Below are positions 8,157 through 17,951 of a DNA stretch of 64,000 nucleotides, one piece after another. The stretch spans positions 18,079 through 82,078 of the forward strand of contig JAKQCW010000150.1 of the NCBI GenBank assembly GCA_029558955.1, given 5' to 3'. Under the pieces are notes generated by a model, which saw only the letters and a list, made by a program, of their open reading frames with translations, had not been told where the DNA came from and searched no databases. The position numbers were made by a program, and so were the translations under genes. Source of the DNA: Chloroflexota bacterium (GTDB taxonomy: Bacteria; Chloroflexota; Anaerolineae; JAAEKA01). Position 1 is the first letter of the stretch, and every line of letters begins with the position of its first letter.

Positions 8157-10481
8157 ATGACCACACCCCCCCTCAGTGCATCGAGTCCCGGCTTGGTTGG
8201 GGCGCTGCGACGACGCATCCAGGAGTTCCGCCTGATCGGCCAGGACCCGATTCTGACCATCGGACTGCTGGCCATCGGCGCCTTCACGCTGACCTTCATC
8301 ATCTTCCCGCTGATGCGCGTGGTGGTGCAGGGCTTCGTCTCGCTGGAATCGGGCGAGCTGAGCCTGCTGCACTTCCAGCGCTACTTCGACCCCTACTTCG
8401 GGCCGTATTACCGGCAGGTGGTGCGCGACACCATGATCATGGGGGTGGCGACGGCTGCCGGCGGCACCGCGCTGGGCTTTGTCTTCGCCTACGCGCTGGT
8501 GCGCTGCAGGATGCCCTTCCCGCGGCTCACCCACGCGCTGACGCTGGTGCCCACCATCTCCCCACCCTTCGCCATCGCCATCGCGGCCATCCTGCTCTTC
8601 GGCCGCTCCGGGCTGATCACCCGCCAACTGCTGGGCATCGTCCCCACCAGCGGCAGCAACGACATCTACGGGCTGGACGGCCTGGTCTTCGTCCAGATCA
8701 TCACCTTCTTCCCGGTGGCCTATCTGATCATCCGCGGCATGTTGGAGCGGCTGGAACCCTCCATGGAGGAGGCGGCGCTCAGCCTGGGGGCCAGCAAATG
8801 GCACATCTTCCGCACCGTGACGCTGCCCCTGCTGGCGCCGGGCATTGCCGGCTCCTTCCTGCTGCTCTTCGTCGAGTCGCTGGCCGACCTGGGCAACCCG
8901 CTGCTGATCACCGGCAACCGCACCGTGCTGTCAGCCGAGATCTACCTGGCCATCAACGGCCAATATGACCAGCAAAAGGGCGCGGCGCTCTCGGTGGTGC
9001 TGCTGATCCCCACCCTCACCGTCTTCATCTTGCAGCGCTACTGGGTCAGCCGCCGCTCCTACGTGGCCGTCACCGGCAAGCCCACCGGCGGGCAGATCAG
9101 CGTCAAGGAGCCCTACATCCGCTGGCCGATAGTGATCATCACCGCGCTGACGCTGGGGCTGATCATGCTGCTCTACCTCGCCATCGCCGTGGGCTCGGTC
9201 ACCCAGCTCTGGGGCATCAACTACACGCTGACGCTGGACCACTACCGCGCGGCCTTCACGCGCGGCCTGGACGCCATCGCCGACACCACCTTCCTCTCGG
9301 CCGTGGCCACCCCCATCGCCGTCATGGCCGGCATGATCATCGCCTTTCTGGTAGTGCGCAAGAAGTTCTTTGGCAAAGAGGTACTGGACTTCACCTCCAA
9401 CCTGGGCGGCGCGGTGCCGGGCACCATCCTGGGCATCGGCTTCATCCTGGCCTTCATCAAGGCGCCCATCTGGCTGGTGGCCATCATCTATTTCGCCTTC
9501 GTCTTCTACATGGTCGGCCAGCAGGGCAGCGTGGTGGAGACGCCCGGCGCCGGCCGGCCGCGCCGCCGCTGGGTCAGCCTGCTGCTGGCGGTCGTCGGCA
9601 CGGCCATCGGCTACGGCCTGGCCGTCACCCTCAACGCCTGGGCCGGCGGGATATTGTGGCGCTGGATCATGGCCGCCGGCTTCATCCTGCTGGCTGTGGC
9701 GCTCTACTTCACCACCGCCAGCAAGTATCGCAAGGCGGTCAGCCTGGCCGTCGGGGCCATCGGCCTCTATCTGCTGATCGACACGTTGACCCCCACGCTG
9801 ACCACGCCGCTGGCCATCTGGGGCCGCGGCATCCCCAGCGTGCAGATCAGCCGCATCGTCGTCGGCCTGGGCGACTGGATCAAGGTCTTCACCCAGCTTC
9901 CCCCGGCGGTGCTGGGCCTGGCCGCCCTGGTGATCGGCATCTTCGTCATGGGCCGGCTGACGGGGCGGGCGCGTCCCTGGCTGCTGCTGGCCTTCATCGC
10001 GCTCAGCGCCGGGCTGGTCTTTGCCGAAGCGCCGCTGGCCCTGGTAGGCACCCCCTACATCGTCATTGCGGCCTACGCCGTGCGCAGCCTGCCCGCCAGC
10101 GCGCGCGCCGGCATCGCCTCGCTCCAGCAGATCGACCCCTCCATCGAGGAGGCGTCCACCAGCCTGGGCGGCGACACGCAATACACCTTCCGCCGCGTCA
10201 CCCTGCCGCTGATCATGCCCGCGTTGATCGCCGGTCTGATCTTCGCCTTCGCCCGCCACATGACCAGCCTCTCGGCCATCATCTTTCTGACCACGCCCCG
10301 GTGGCCGATCCTGACGGTGTGGATTCTGAGCGAGGTGGAGCAGGCCAGCATGAGCACGGCCGCGGCCTATTCCATGATCCTGATCTTCATCGTTCTGGCA
10401 GCCATCGGCCTGATGTACTGGCTGGTGGGCCGCACGCTGGGCAGCCAGGAAGGTGTGGACCTGACCACGGGCGCCGGATAA
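8157..10481 (+). CDS. ABC transporter permease, fused double-domain (FbpB/HitB-like) iron(III)-type permease.
   Basis: The 774-aa product has two tandem BPD-transport inner-membrane domains. Confidence 0.85.
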   Translation: MTTPPLSASSPGLVGALRRRIQEFRLIGQDPILTIGLLAIGAFTLTFIIFPLMRVVVQGFVSLESGELSLLHFQRYFDPYFGPYYRQVVRDTMIMGVATAAGGTALGFVFAYALVRCRMPFPRLTHALTLVPTISPPFAIAIAAILLFGRSGLITRQLLGIVPTSGSNDIYGLDGLVFVQIITFFPVAYLIIRGMLERLEPSMEEAALSLGASKWHIFRTVTLPLLAPGIAGSFLLLFVESLADLGNPLLITGNRTVLSAEIYLAINGQYDQQKGAALSVVLLIPTLTVFILQRYWVSRRSYVAVTGKPTGGQISVKEPYIRWPIVIITALTLGLIMLLYLAIAVGSVTQLWGINYTLTLDHYRAAFTRGLDAIADTTFLSAVATPIAVMAGMIIAFLVVRKKFFGKEVLDFTSNLGGAVPGTILGIGFILAFIKAPIWLVAIIYFAFVFYMVGQQGSVVETPGAGRPRRRWVSLLLAVVGTAIGYGLAVTLNAWAGGILWRWIMAAGFILLAVALYFTTASKYRKAVSLAVGAIGLYLLIDTLTPTLTTPLAIWGRGIPSVQISRIVVGLGDWIKVFTQLPPAVLGLAALVIGIFVMGRLTGRARPWLLLAFIALSAGLVFAEAPLALVGTPYIVIAAYAVRSLPASARAGIASLQQIDPSIEEASTSLGGDTQYTFRRVTLPLIMPALIAGLIFAFARHMTSLSAIIFLTTPRWPILTVWILSEVEQASMSTAAAYSMILIFIVLAAIGLMYWLVGRTLGSQEGVDLTTGAG

Positions 10482-10483
10482 CC

Positions 10484-11554
10484 ATGTACCTACGACTCGA
10501 AAACCTCTACAAAGTCTTCCCTGCGCGCGGCGGCAGCGGCGAAGTAACCGCCGTTCACGACGTCAACGTCTCCATCGAAAAGGGGGAGTTCGTGACGCTG
10601 CTGGGGCCTTCGGGCTGCGGCAAGACCACCACGCTGCGACTGATCGCCGGCTTCGAGTTCCCCAGCCAGGGCCGCATCGTGCTGGATGGCCAGGAGATCA
10701 ACGAACTGCCCCCCAACCGCCGCGATATGGCCATGGTCTTTCAGAGCTATGCGATCTTCCCCCACCTGAACGTCTACGAGAACATCGCCTATGGCCTGAA
10801 GATCCGCAAGCTCTCCAGCGACCAGATCAAGCGCCAGGTGGCCCGGGTGCTGGAGCTGACCGAGCTGGGCGGGCTGGAGCAGCGCGCGCCCAACCAGCTC
10901 TCCGGCGGCCAGCAGCAGCGCGTCGCCCTGGCCCGCGCCCTGGTGATGGAGCCCAAGGTGCTGCTGATGGACGAGCCGCTGAGCAACCTGGACGCCAAGC
11001 TGCGCGAGCAGATGCGCACCGAAATCCGCGAGATCCAGCAGCGGCTGGGCATCACCAGCGTCTACGTCACCCACGACCAGGTGGAGGCCATGAGCCTTTC
11101 CGACCGCGTCGTGGTGATGAACCTGGGCAGGGTGGAGCAGATCGATCCGCCGCAGAATGTCTACCGCAAGCCCAAGACCGCGTTCGTGGCCAACTTCATC
11201 GGCCGCACCAACTTCGTGCCGGCCACGGTGGCCGCGGTGGAGGAGGGCGCGCTGCGGGTGGATGCGCTGGCTGGCGCGCTGACCGTGTCGCAGCCGGAGA
11301 CGCCGCGGCGCGTGGGCGACAGGGCGACGCTGGTGGTGCGGCCTGACGCGATCCGCCTGACTGAGGAAGCGGGCCAGTTTGCCGGCGTGGTGAAACGCTC
11401 CACCTACCTGGGCAGCCAGGTGGAGTACGAGGTGGACGTGGCCGGCCAGGTGTTGATCGTGGTGGAAAGCGACCCCCGCCATGTGGTGGTCTATCCGCCG
11501 GGCGCCCAGGTAGGCGTGAACGTGCTGGCAGAGGCGATCTACGTGTTGCCGTGA
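10484..11554 (+). CDS. ABC transporter ATP-binding protein (FbpC/PotA-like).
   Basis: It has Walker A GPSGCGKTT, the signature LSGGQQQRVALARAL and Walker B LLMDEP, with a C-terminal TOBE-like domain. The ATG at 10484 lies 2 nt after the permease stop. Confidence 0.9.
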   Translation: MYLRLENLYKVFPARGGSGEVTAVHDVNVSIEKGEFVTLLGPSGCGKTTTLRLIAGFEFPSQGRIVLDGQEINELPPNRRDMAMVFQSYAIFPHLNVYENIAYGLKIRKLSSDQIKRQVARVLELTELGGLEQRAPNQLSGGQQQRVALARALVMEPKVLLMDEPLSNLDAKLREQMRTEIREIQQRLGITSVYVTHDQVEAMSLSDRVVVMNLGRVEQIDPPQNVYRKPKTAFVANFIGRTNFVPATVAAVEEGALRVDALAGALTVSQPETPRRVGDRATLVVRPDAIRLTEEAGQFAGVVKRSTYLGSQVEYEVDVAGQVLIVVESDPRHVVVYPPGAQVGVNVLAEAIYVLP

Positions 11555-11643
11555 GAACAGCGGATGGGGAGATGGCGCGGATCGGAGGAGAAGCGCCATG
11601 ACGGAGGATCCCTCCGCTCCGCGTCATCTGCAAATCCGCGGTT

Positions 11644-12138
11644 CTACGTCCATTGCACCCGTTTCTCCACCGGCAAACCCAATGCCAGCGCGATCTCTTG
11701 GCCGTGATCCAGCTCGTGTAGGGCCATGATACGGAAGATGCCGCCCACCGAGGTCTCGAAGCCGGCCGGATGCTGGCCGCGCACGGCCAGTTGCTCTTCG
11801 CTCAGGCTCTCCAGCAGGGTCAGCGTGTCGACGCGGCTGGCTTCCAGGCTGGCCAGCAGATCGGCCACGCTGCGCTCCCTCTGTTTCTCCACCTGGCGCA
11901 CGTTCCAGCGGTCCAGCGAAAAGTCAGCGGGCAGCGGCTGGCTGGCCAGGAAGCGCTGCACGGTGCCTTGCAGGCCGCGCTCGGCGCCGGCCAGGTGGGC
12001 CAACAGGTCATGGACGTTCCAGGCGGGGTTTTCGGTGGAGGCGAGCGCCTGATCCGGGCCAATCTGCCCGGCGACGGAGAAAAGGTAGGCGCGCGCTTCG
12101 GCCAACTGGGTGATGATGCGTTGTTTGCGGTTGCTCAT
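11644..12138 (-). CDS. DinB/YfiT-like (DinB_2) family protein.
   Basis: The 164-aa product has the ..HDLLAHLAGAER.. and ..HELDHGQEIALAL.. four-helix metal-binding pattern. Confidence 0.55.
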   Translation of the reverse strand: MSNRKQRIITQLAEARAYLFSVAGQIGPDQALASTENPAWNVHDLLAHLAGAERGLQGTVQRFLASQPLPADFSLDRWNVRQVEKQRERSVADLLASLEASRVDTLTLLESLSEEQLAVRGQHPAGFETSVGGIFRIMALHELDHGQEIALALGLPVEKRVQWT

Positions 12139-12243
12139 GGTAACTCCTGGCGCGGGCGGCGGGCTCGGTCGGAGACCGGCCCGAGCGGGCGGCGCGGGCG
12201 GCCCGGGCAGGGAATGCGGGCGGGCCTGAGCGGGCGATGGGGA

Positions 12244-13182
12244 TCAACCGCCTACCAGGGCGCGGGCGAAGAAGAGCAGGTTGGCCGGCCGCTCCGCCAG
12301 GCGGCGCATGAAGTAGGGGTACCAGCGCGTGCCGTAGGGGATGTAGACCCGCATGCGATAGCCCTGATCGGCCAGCTCCTGCTGCAAGTCGCGGCGAATG
12401 CCATAGAGCATCTGGAACTCGAAGCGGTCGGTCGCGATCCCGTGATGATGCGCGTAGGCCTTGACCCAGTTGATGATCCGGTGATCATGGCTGGCGATGG
12501 CCGGGTAGGTGCTGGGGAACTCGGCCTGGCTATCCAGCATCAGGCGGATCAGGCTGGTCATGCTCTGGTCCACCTCGGCTTTGGCCTGGAATGCCACGGC
12601 CGGCGGCTCGTCGTAGGCGCCCTTGCACAGCCGCAGATGGGCCATGCCCTCGGCCATCAAGCTGCGCACATCCTCCTCGCTGCGGTAAAGATAGGCCTGG
12701 ATCACCACGCCGGTGTTGGGGAACTCGGCGCGCAGCCGGCGGTAGATGGCCAGGGTGCGGTCAGTGACGGGCGTGTCCTCCATGTCGATGCGCACGAAGT
12801 TGCCCAACTGGGCCGCGGCCTCGACGATGCGCCGCACGTTGCGGTAGCAGAACTCGTCGTCCACCGCCAGCCCCATGGCGGTCAGCTTGATGGAGATGTT
12901 GGCGTCGACGCCGGCCTCCTGAATGGCGTGCAGGGCGCGGATGTACTCATCGGCGTTGACGCTGGCCTCCGCCTCGCTGTGGACATGTTCGCCCAGGAAG
13001 TCCAGCGTGGCCAGCAGGCCGGTCGCGTTGCTGGCGCGAATGGCGCCGATGGCGTCGGGCAGCGTCTCGCCAGCCACGAAGCGCCGCGCCATGCGCCGGC
13101 TGATGGGCATGCCGACGATGAGATCCTGCATCCGGGTGCTTTTCGAGAGGGCAATCAGGGTAGATCGCAAGGGTGATACCAT
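12244..13182 (-). CDS. Proline dehydrogenase (monofunctional PutA-like).
   Basis: It shows the ProDH TIM-barrel pattern (..RRFVAGETL.., ..IDMEDTPVTDRTL.., ..YGTRWYPYFMRRLAERPANL..). The start is at MVSPL (13182) with the RBS AGGAG 5 nt upstream. Confidence 0.8.
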   Translation of the reverse strand: MVSPLRSTLIALSKSTRMQDLIVGMPISRRMARRFVAGETLPDAIGAIRASNATGLLATLDFLGEHVHSEAEASVNADEYIRALHAIQEAGVDANISIKLTAMGLAVDDEFCYRNVRRIVEAAAQLGNFVRIDMEDTPVTDRTLAIYRRLRAEFPNTGVVIQAYLYRSEEDVRSLMAEGMAHLRLCKGAYDEPPAVAFQAKAEVDQSMTSLIRLMLDSQAEFPSTYPAIASHDHRIINWVKAYAHHHGIATDRFEFQMLYGIRRDLQQELADQGYRMRVYIPYGTRWYPYFMRRLAERPANLLFFARALVGG

Positions 13183-13292
13183 AGGTGCTCCTGATGGGAA
13201 AATACTTGATCGGTCGGTTGCCCTATTGTGCCCCAAAATCGCGTTCGCGTCTATGGCCTAGATCATAAATCCGCCGCTTTTTTCTCCTTTGT

Positions 13293-13321
13293 TTGACCAC
13301 ACCCCCGTCCTGTGCTAAACT
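13293..13321 (+). promoter_or_regulatory. Candidate sigma70 promoter for the 13378 gene (divergent from proDH).
   Basis: TTGACC-17 nt-TAAACT. Confidence 0.35.
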
Positions 13322-13377
13322 CCCGGCAGCAGCATCTCCTCATACCGTACCACGCACCGATTCCGCCGGAGACACTC

Positions 13378-16011
13378 ATGCGCATCGAAGACTTCCCTCG
13401 CCCTCCAGATGACAACGGCCGCGGCGTCCACTGGTCAGCGCGGCTCTACCACGACGCAGTCTATCCCAACCTCGATTACTGGGTCGAGCAACTGGTCGCC
13501 ATGAAGATCAAGTGGGTCAAGCTGCTCGACGACGGCGGCGGGTCGGGGCTGGCCCTCAGTCAAAAGCTGCTGGCGGCCGGCATCATGCCGGTGGTGCGGC
13601 TCTACATGGCCCAGCTCAACCCCAGCACCCTCGGCGGACGCGAGCTGGACACCGTCAGTCGCTACGTGGACAAAGGGGTGCGCTACTTCGAGAGCAACAA
13701 CGAGCCTGATCTGCCGGCCGAATGGCAGAACAACAGCCGGCCGGCCAACTGGCTGGAGATCGTGGTGGACAATTTCATCCGCGACGCCGACGGCGTGCTG
13801 AGCCGGGGCGGCCTGTTGGCTTTGCCAGCCATGGGCCCTGGCTCGCAGGACAACCCCATCAGCCTGGTGGTGCAGAAGGGGCGGCGCGATCTGTTCCTGC
13901 GCGGCTGCTGGGTCGCCATCCACAACTACACCCTCAACCACCCGCTGGACTATCCCTACGACGACGTCAACCAAACCGGCCGGCCGCTGACCCAGGAGGA
14001 GTTCGACGCCTACGCCCGCTGGCAATACAGCGACCTGAGCTACCAGCAGATCCAGGCCCAAGGCATCCCGGTCAGCGCCGAAGACTATGCCAAATTCAAC
14101 CGCTGGGCCTGGGATGGCCGCAGCATGGAGATGGTCAACCAGGTGCGGGCCAGCAACAAGAACCCCGGCCAGACCATCGACGACGATCCAAATTGCTTCA
14201 AAGGCTATCTGGCGGCTGGCCGGATGATGTTCGACGCGCTGGGCTTTTACGCGCCGGTGATCAGCACCGAGGGCGGGCCGGTGGTGGGCTGGGGCGACGA
14301 TAACCGCTATGCCAAGATGAACCCCACCACGCAGATGGAGTATCAACTGGGCATCGTGCGCTTCATGCAGAGCGAGGCGCCGCCCTGGTATTTTGCCCTG
14401 TGTACCTGGCTGCTGGCCTCCCGCCCGCTGGGCGATTTCAACCCCACCTGGGAGCAGATGTCCTGGTACACCTCGACCTGGGATTTGCAGTTCGGCCTCA
14501 ACGGCCAACTGCCCACCGTGCAGGCGCTGATCGACGAGCCATCGCTGGTGCGTCCTGAGCTTCAAACGGGCCGCGGGGTCATCCAGGGCACGGCGCGCCG
14601 CGCCGATGGCCAGCCGGTGGTCAGCCTGCCGCTCAAGCTGGCCGGCATGAACCGCCAATGGGCGGCCGTCAGCGACACGGCCGGCGCGTTCCGCTTCGAG
14701 CAGCTCAGCGCCGGCGTCTATGATCTGAGCAGCGGCGATCAGGTGCTGCAAGCTGGCATCACGCTGGAGAACGACGACGACGGGCAGACGGTGGAGCTCA
14801 CACTGACCGAGGGACGCCAGAGCAGCCTCGAAGGGTTGGTCAGCGACGTCACAGGTCAGCCCCAGGCCAACGCCATGGTGACGGTGGGCGCGGGCGACGT
14901 GCAACTGGCCTCGCTGCACACCGACGCCGCCGGCCGCTACCGGATCGGCGGCCTGCCGGCCGGCGCCTACTGGATCAACGCCAACGCCAACGCCGCGGCT
15001 GTCGCCGGCATCCGGCTGGACGGCTGGGGCGGCCGCACCGTCAACCTGACCGTGCCCGCGCCGGCCGGCTATCGCTACGTGGTCGTGACCCAGCGTCTGC
15101 TCAGCCAGGAGGAGACCGGCAACGACCGCAAGTTCTTCGGCCGCGTGCTCTCCGAGACGGGCGAGGGGCTGAACGGGATCGCGGTGGAGATGGGCTGGGT
15201 GGGCGCCGCGCCGGGCACGCAGTTCCCGCGCGTCGTCACCCCGCGCGATCCCTTCAAGCCCGCGGGCAATTTCGAGTTTCTGCACAGCCCCGGCGCCTTT
15301 GTGCTGCGGGTGGTGCAGGGCGACTGGCCCAGCGATGAGACTGCCCCGCTGCCCACGGTCAACGTGCCCGGCCGCGAGGGGGACCCCATCAGCTACGAGG
15401 TCAACTTCCAGCGCCGCAGCAGCGGCGCCGTGGCTGGCGCCGGCAGCCTGGCCGGCGTGGTGACCAACGGCGCGGGCCTGGGATTGACCCTCTGGCAGGG
15501 CGACCCGGAGCAGGTGGGGCAGCCGGGCCAGCGCAGTTGGGCCATGCTGCTGCCGACCAGCGGCGCCTATGCCTTTGCCAACCTGCCGGCCGACGCCTAT
15601 TCGCTGGTGCTGGAGGGTGAAGGGGTGGTGCATGCCTTCAGCCTGGCTGACGGCGCCAGCACGACCTTCAACTACGTGGTCGGCGCACCCCCGCCGCCCC
15701 TGCCGCCTCCGCTTCCGCCGCCGCCTCCCCCACCGCCGCCCCCCCAGGACAAACCGCTGGCCAGCTACTGGCTGCTGGGCCGGTCGGCGCAGGGAGCGGC
15801 GTTGCTGGACCTGTTGTTGCCCTACCTGCGCGCCCACGGGCTGACCGCCGGGACCAGCCTGGCGGAGGCGCTGCATGCGGCCGCGGTGACCATCGTGGGA
15901 GGCGACGAGGTGGCCAGCGCGGCCGATGAACAGGCCTTGCAGGCGGCCGGCTGCCAGGTGCAGCGCCTGCCCGGCGATCCTTTTGCCCTGGCGGAGACAT
16001 TGCAGCTATGA
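13378..16011 (+). CDS. Large multidomain protein. It has an N-terminal clan GH-A-like TIM-barrel glycoside hydrolase domain, carboxypeptidase-regulatory-like beta-sandwich repeats, a poly-Pro linker and a C-terminal about 45-aa domain shared with the next ORF.
   Basis: The ..FESNNEPDL.. segment is NEP-like, the catalytic motif of GH5/clan GH-A. The repeated ..GRYRIGGLPAGAYWI.. and ..GAYAFANLPADAYSLVL.. motifs are CarboxypepD_reg-like. A PPPPLPPPLPPPPPPPPPPQ linker follows. The start is taken at 13378 (RBS GGAGA). The ORF track start at 13312 is equally possible. Confidence 0.4.
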   Translation: MRIEDFPRPPDDNGRGVHWSARLYHDAVYPNLDYWVEQLVAMKIKWVKLLDDGGGSGLALSQKLLAAGIMPVVRLYMAQLNPSTLGGRELDTVSRYVDKGVRYFESNNEPDLPAEWQNNSRPANWLEIVVDNFIRDADGVLSRGGLLALPAMGPGSQDNPISLVVQKGRRDLFLRGCWVAIHNYTLNHPLDYPYDDVNQTGRPLTQEEFDAYARWQYSDLSYQQIQAQGIPVSAEDYAKFNRWAWDGRSMEMVNQVRASNKNPGQTIDDDPNCFKGYLAAGRMMFDALGFYAPVISTEGGPVVGWGDDNRYAKMNPTTQMEYQLGIVRFMQSEAPPWYFALCTWLLASRPLGDFNPTWEQMSWYTSTWDLQFGLNGQLPTVQALIDEPSLVRPELQTGRGVIQGTARRADGQPVVSLPLKLAGMNRQWAAVSDTAGAFRFEQLSAGVYDLSSGDQVLQAGITLENDDDGQTVELTLTEGRQSSLEGLVSDVTGQPQANAMVTVGAGDVQLASLHTDAAGRYRIGGLPAGAYWINANANAAAVAGIRLDGWGGRTVNLTVPAPAGYRYVVVTQRLLSQEETGNDRKFFGRVLSETGEGLNGIAVEMGWVGAAPGTQFPRVVTPRDPFKPAGNFEFLHSPGAFVLRVVQGDWPSDETAPLPTVNVPGREGDPISYEVNFQRRSSGAVAGAGSLAGVVTNGAGLGLTLWQGDPEQVGQPGQRSWAMLLPTSGAYAFANLPADAYSLVLEGEGVVHAFSLADGASTTFNYVVGAPPPPLPPPLPPPPPPPPPPQDKPLASYWLLGRSAQGAALLDLLLPYLRAHGLTAGTSLAEALHAAAVTIVGGDEVASAADEQALQAAGCQVQRLPGDPFALAETLQL

Positions 16012-16940
16012 GCGAACAAGGCAATCCCATCAAGCGCCTGCTGTTGTGGCTGAGCGGCGCGCCGGCCGAGTCCGCGCCGGCGGCCGCGCCTTCAGCCGTC
16101 GAAGCCGCGGCCGCTGAGCCGCCTGCGGTCCCGGCCGGGCCAACGCCCCCTGCGGCCAGCGCCGCGTCCGCGGCGCTGCAGCCCTTGGCCGACGATCCGC
16201 TCAACGACGCCGGCGCCTACGGCGTGCGCGTCGTTCCTGTCGACGCGCCCGAAGGGGCCAGCGTCTGGCGCGCCGTGCGCGTCCATCACCTGACGCCCGA
16301 GGAGAACCAGGGCCGTCATCACATCTTCCTCGATGCGCTGGATGAGGCCGGCGGGCGCGTGTTCGGCGCCCAGGCGCGCGTCGTCTGGCCTGAAGGGGAG
16401 CAGATCATCGCCGTGGAGAAGCCGTTGGGGGAGCCGGGCGCCAACTTCCCCCTGTGGAAATGGCAGGTGGCCGCCGTGGAGATGCTGGGACTGCCCAGCG
16501 ACCGCGTCGAAAACCTGCACACCGGCCACCCTGACGAGCCGCCCGGCATGGGCAACACGCTCTTTCACCATTCCTTCGAGGTGGTGTTTCAGCGCGCTGT
16601 CAGCGGCGCAGTTCAGCCTCTTCCCCTGCCCCTGCCGTTGCCCGACAACAAAGTGGTGGAACGCTACCTGCTCTTCGGCCCGCCGGCCTCGTCGCGCACG
16701 GCCGTCTACCTGGCGCAGGCCACGCCGGCGCTGCTTGCCTATCAGCCCACCTTCGGCTTCGACCCGCAGGAAGCCGCCTTTGCCCAGTCCGTGGTCATCG
16801 TGGGCGAGACGCAGGACATCCCCCAGGCCACAGCGGACGCGCTGATCGCCGCCGGCTGCCATGTAGAACGCATCCAGGGGGACGCCCAGCAGGTAGCCGC
16901 CGGCCTGGAGCGCGTGCTCAATCCTGGGGGACCGGTGTAG
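16008..16940 (+). CDS. Hypothetical protein, translationally coupled (ATGA overlap) to the upstream gene. It has an Ala/Pro-rich N-terminus and a shared C-terminal domain.
   Basis: Its C-terminus VVIVGETQDIPQATADALIAAGCHVERIQGDAQQVAAGLERVL parallels the upstream protein's TIVGGDEVASAADEQALQAAGCQVQRLPGDPFALAETL. Confidence 0.45.
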   Translation: MSEQGNPIKRLLLWLSGAPAESAPAAAPSAVEAAAAEPPAVPAGPTPPAASAASAALQPLADDPLNDAGAYGVRVVPVDAPEGASVWRAVRVHHLTPEENQGRHHIFLDALDEAGGRVFGAQARVVWPEGEQIIAVEKPLGEPGANFPLWKWQVAAVEMLGLPSDRVENLHTGHPDEPPGMGNTLFHHSFEVVFQRAVSGAVQPLPLPLPLPDNKVVERYLLFGPPASSRTAVYLAQATPALLAYQPTFGFDPQEAAFAQSVVIVGETQDIPQATADALIAAGCHVERIQGDAQQVAAGLERVLNPGGPV

Positions 16941-17142
16941 CCGTGACACGGCCGGCAGAAGGATACAACGCCAATCGACATGCTCAACGTGCGGTACGAA
17001 GGCGACGAGATGATAGCTCTCATTGACGGAGAAGAGTGGCGGACACGGTTGGATGACTTCCCTGACGAGCCATAGGGCTGGACGCTGAAACAAGGACATC
17101 AGAACTGCCATTCGCCGGGCGCGCAATCTATAGGAATCTATC

Positions 17143-17310
17143 ATGGCCAAGACGATCACAACTCGCTACGATGTCGTTGAACATCTGCGTCCCCATCCCA
17201 CCACATCTGCCGCACCCCGTCAGGCCGGACAACTCACAGCGCATCGGTCATTAAGGACGCTCAAGAGCCGCGCGGGTGCGCCGCGCGAGGAAAGGAACTG
17301 CAATGGCTAA
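17143..17310 (+). pseudogene. Possible remnant of a HigA-like addiction-module antidote gene.
   Basis: A 55-codon ORF in a low-GC pocket starts MAKTITTRYDVVEHL, which resembles the N-termini of 'addiction module antidote' (TIGR02684-like) proteins. The rest is unrelated low-complexity sequence. A preceding 32-codon fragment may be the toxin tail. It is too short to call a gene. Confidence 0.2.
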
Positions 17311-17845
17311 GCTCGTGTTCGGAATGAACCAGTCCCTGGATGGCTACGTCGACCATACGGCGTTTGCGCCGGACGCGACGCTCTTCCGCTACTTCATCGA
17401 GGAGGCAAAGCGGCAGGCGGGCAGCATCTACGGTCGCCGCATGTATGAGATCATGCGCTACTGGGACGACGATGACCCTGGTTGGGATGCCGAGGAGCAT
17501 GCCTTCGCGGCGGCGTGGCGGGGCCAGCCGAAGTGGGTCGTCTCGCGCTCGTTGAAGTCAGTCGGCCCCAACGCCAGGCTGGTCGAGGGCGATCTTGAAC
17601 GCGCGATCCGCGCGCTGAAGGCCGAGGTCGATGGGGAGATCGAAGTGGCCGGCCCCAACCTGGCGCATAGCCTCACCCAACTTGGCCTGATCGACGAATA
17701 TCGCATCTACCTGCACCCCGTCGTGCTGGGTCACGGCAGCCCATTCTTCGCCGGCCCCCGGCCGCCGCTCCGTCTGGCGACCCATGACCGGATTGGCGCG
17801 GATGTGCTCAGGCTGGTCTACCTTCCAGCGCGTTCGGCGATGTAG
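17303..17845 (+). CDS. Dihydrofolate reductase family protein (RibD C-terminal domain-like, YwjB-type).
   Basis: MAKLVFGMNQSLDGYV...GRRMYE...VVSRSL pattern. RBS AGGAAAGGA. Confidence 0.7.
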   Translation: MAKLVFGMNQSLDGYVDHTAFAPDATLFRYFIEEAKRQAGSIYGRRMYEIMRYWDDDDPGWDAEEHAFAAAWRGQPKWVVSRSLKSVGPNARLVEGDLERAIRALKAEVDGEIEVAGPNLAHSLTQLGLIDEYRIYLHPVVLGHGSPFFAGPRPPLRLATHDRIGADVLRLVYLPARSAM

Positions 17846-17951
17846 CCGTCACCCAGGCCACGCGGCAGAGGACAACACGGTGCGCTTGTCGCGACGTCAG
17901 CCATTTGCAAAGTGCGCAGATAACGTTGCCAAAGTGCTTCTGCTTTCGGGA

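Noticed and set aside
7755-8968. ORFs 7755..8804 (-) and 7832..8968 (+) with repeated SRLQPGLAKSRLKPRLLS motifs.
   Set aside because: The translations merely read through the tandem family B hairpin repeats and the antisense of the permease gene.
13435-15876. 813-aa minus-strand ORF.
   Set aside because: It is antisense to the well-supported + strand multidomain gene, and its composition is Arg/Ala/Gly/Gln-rich low-complexity.
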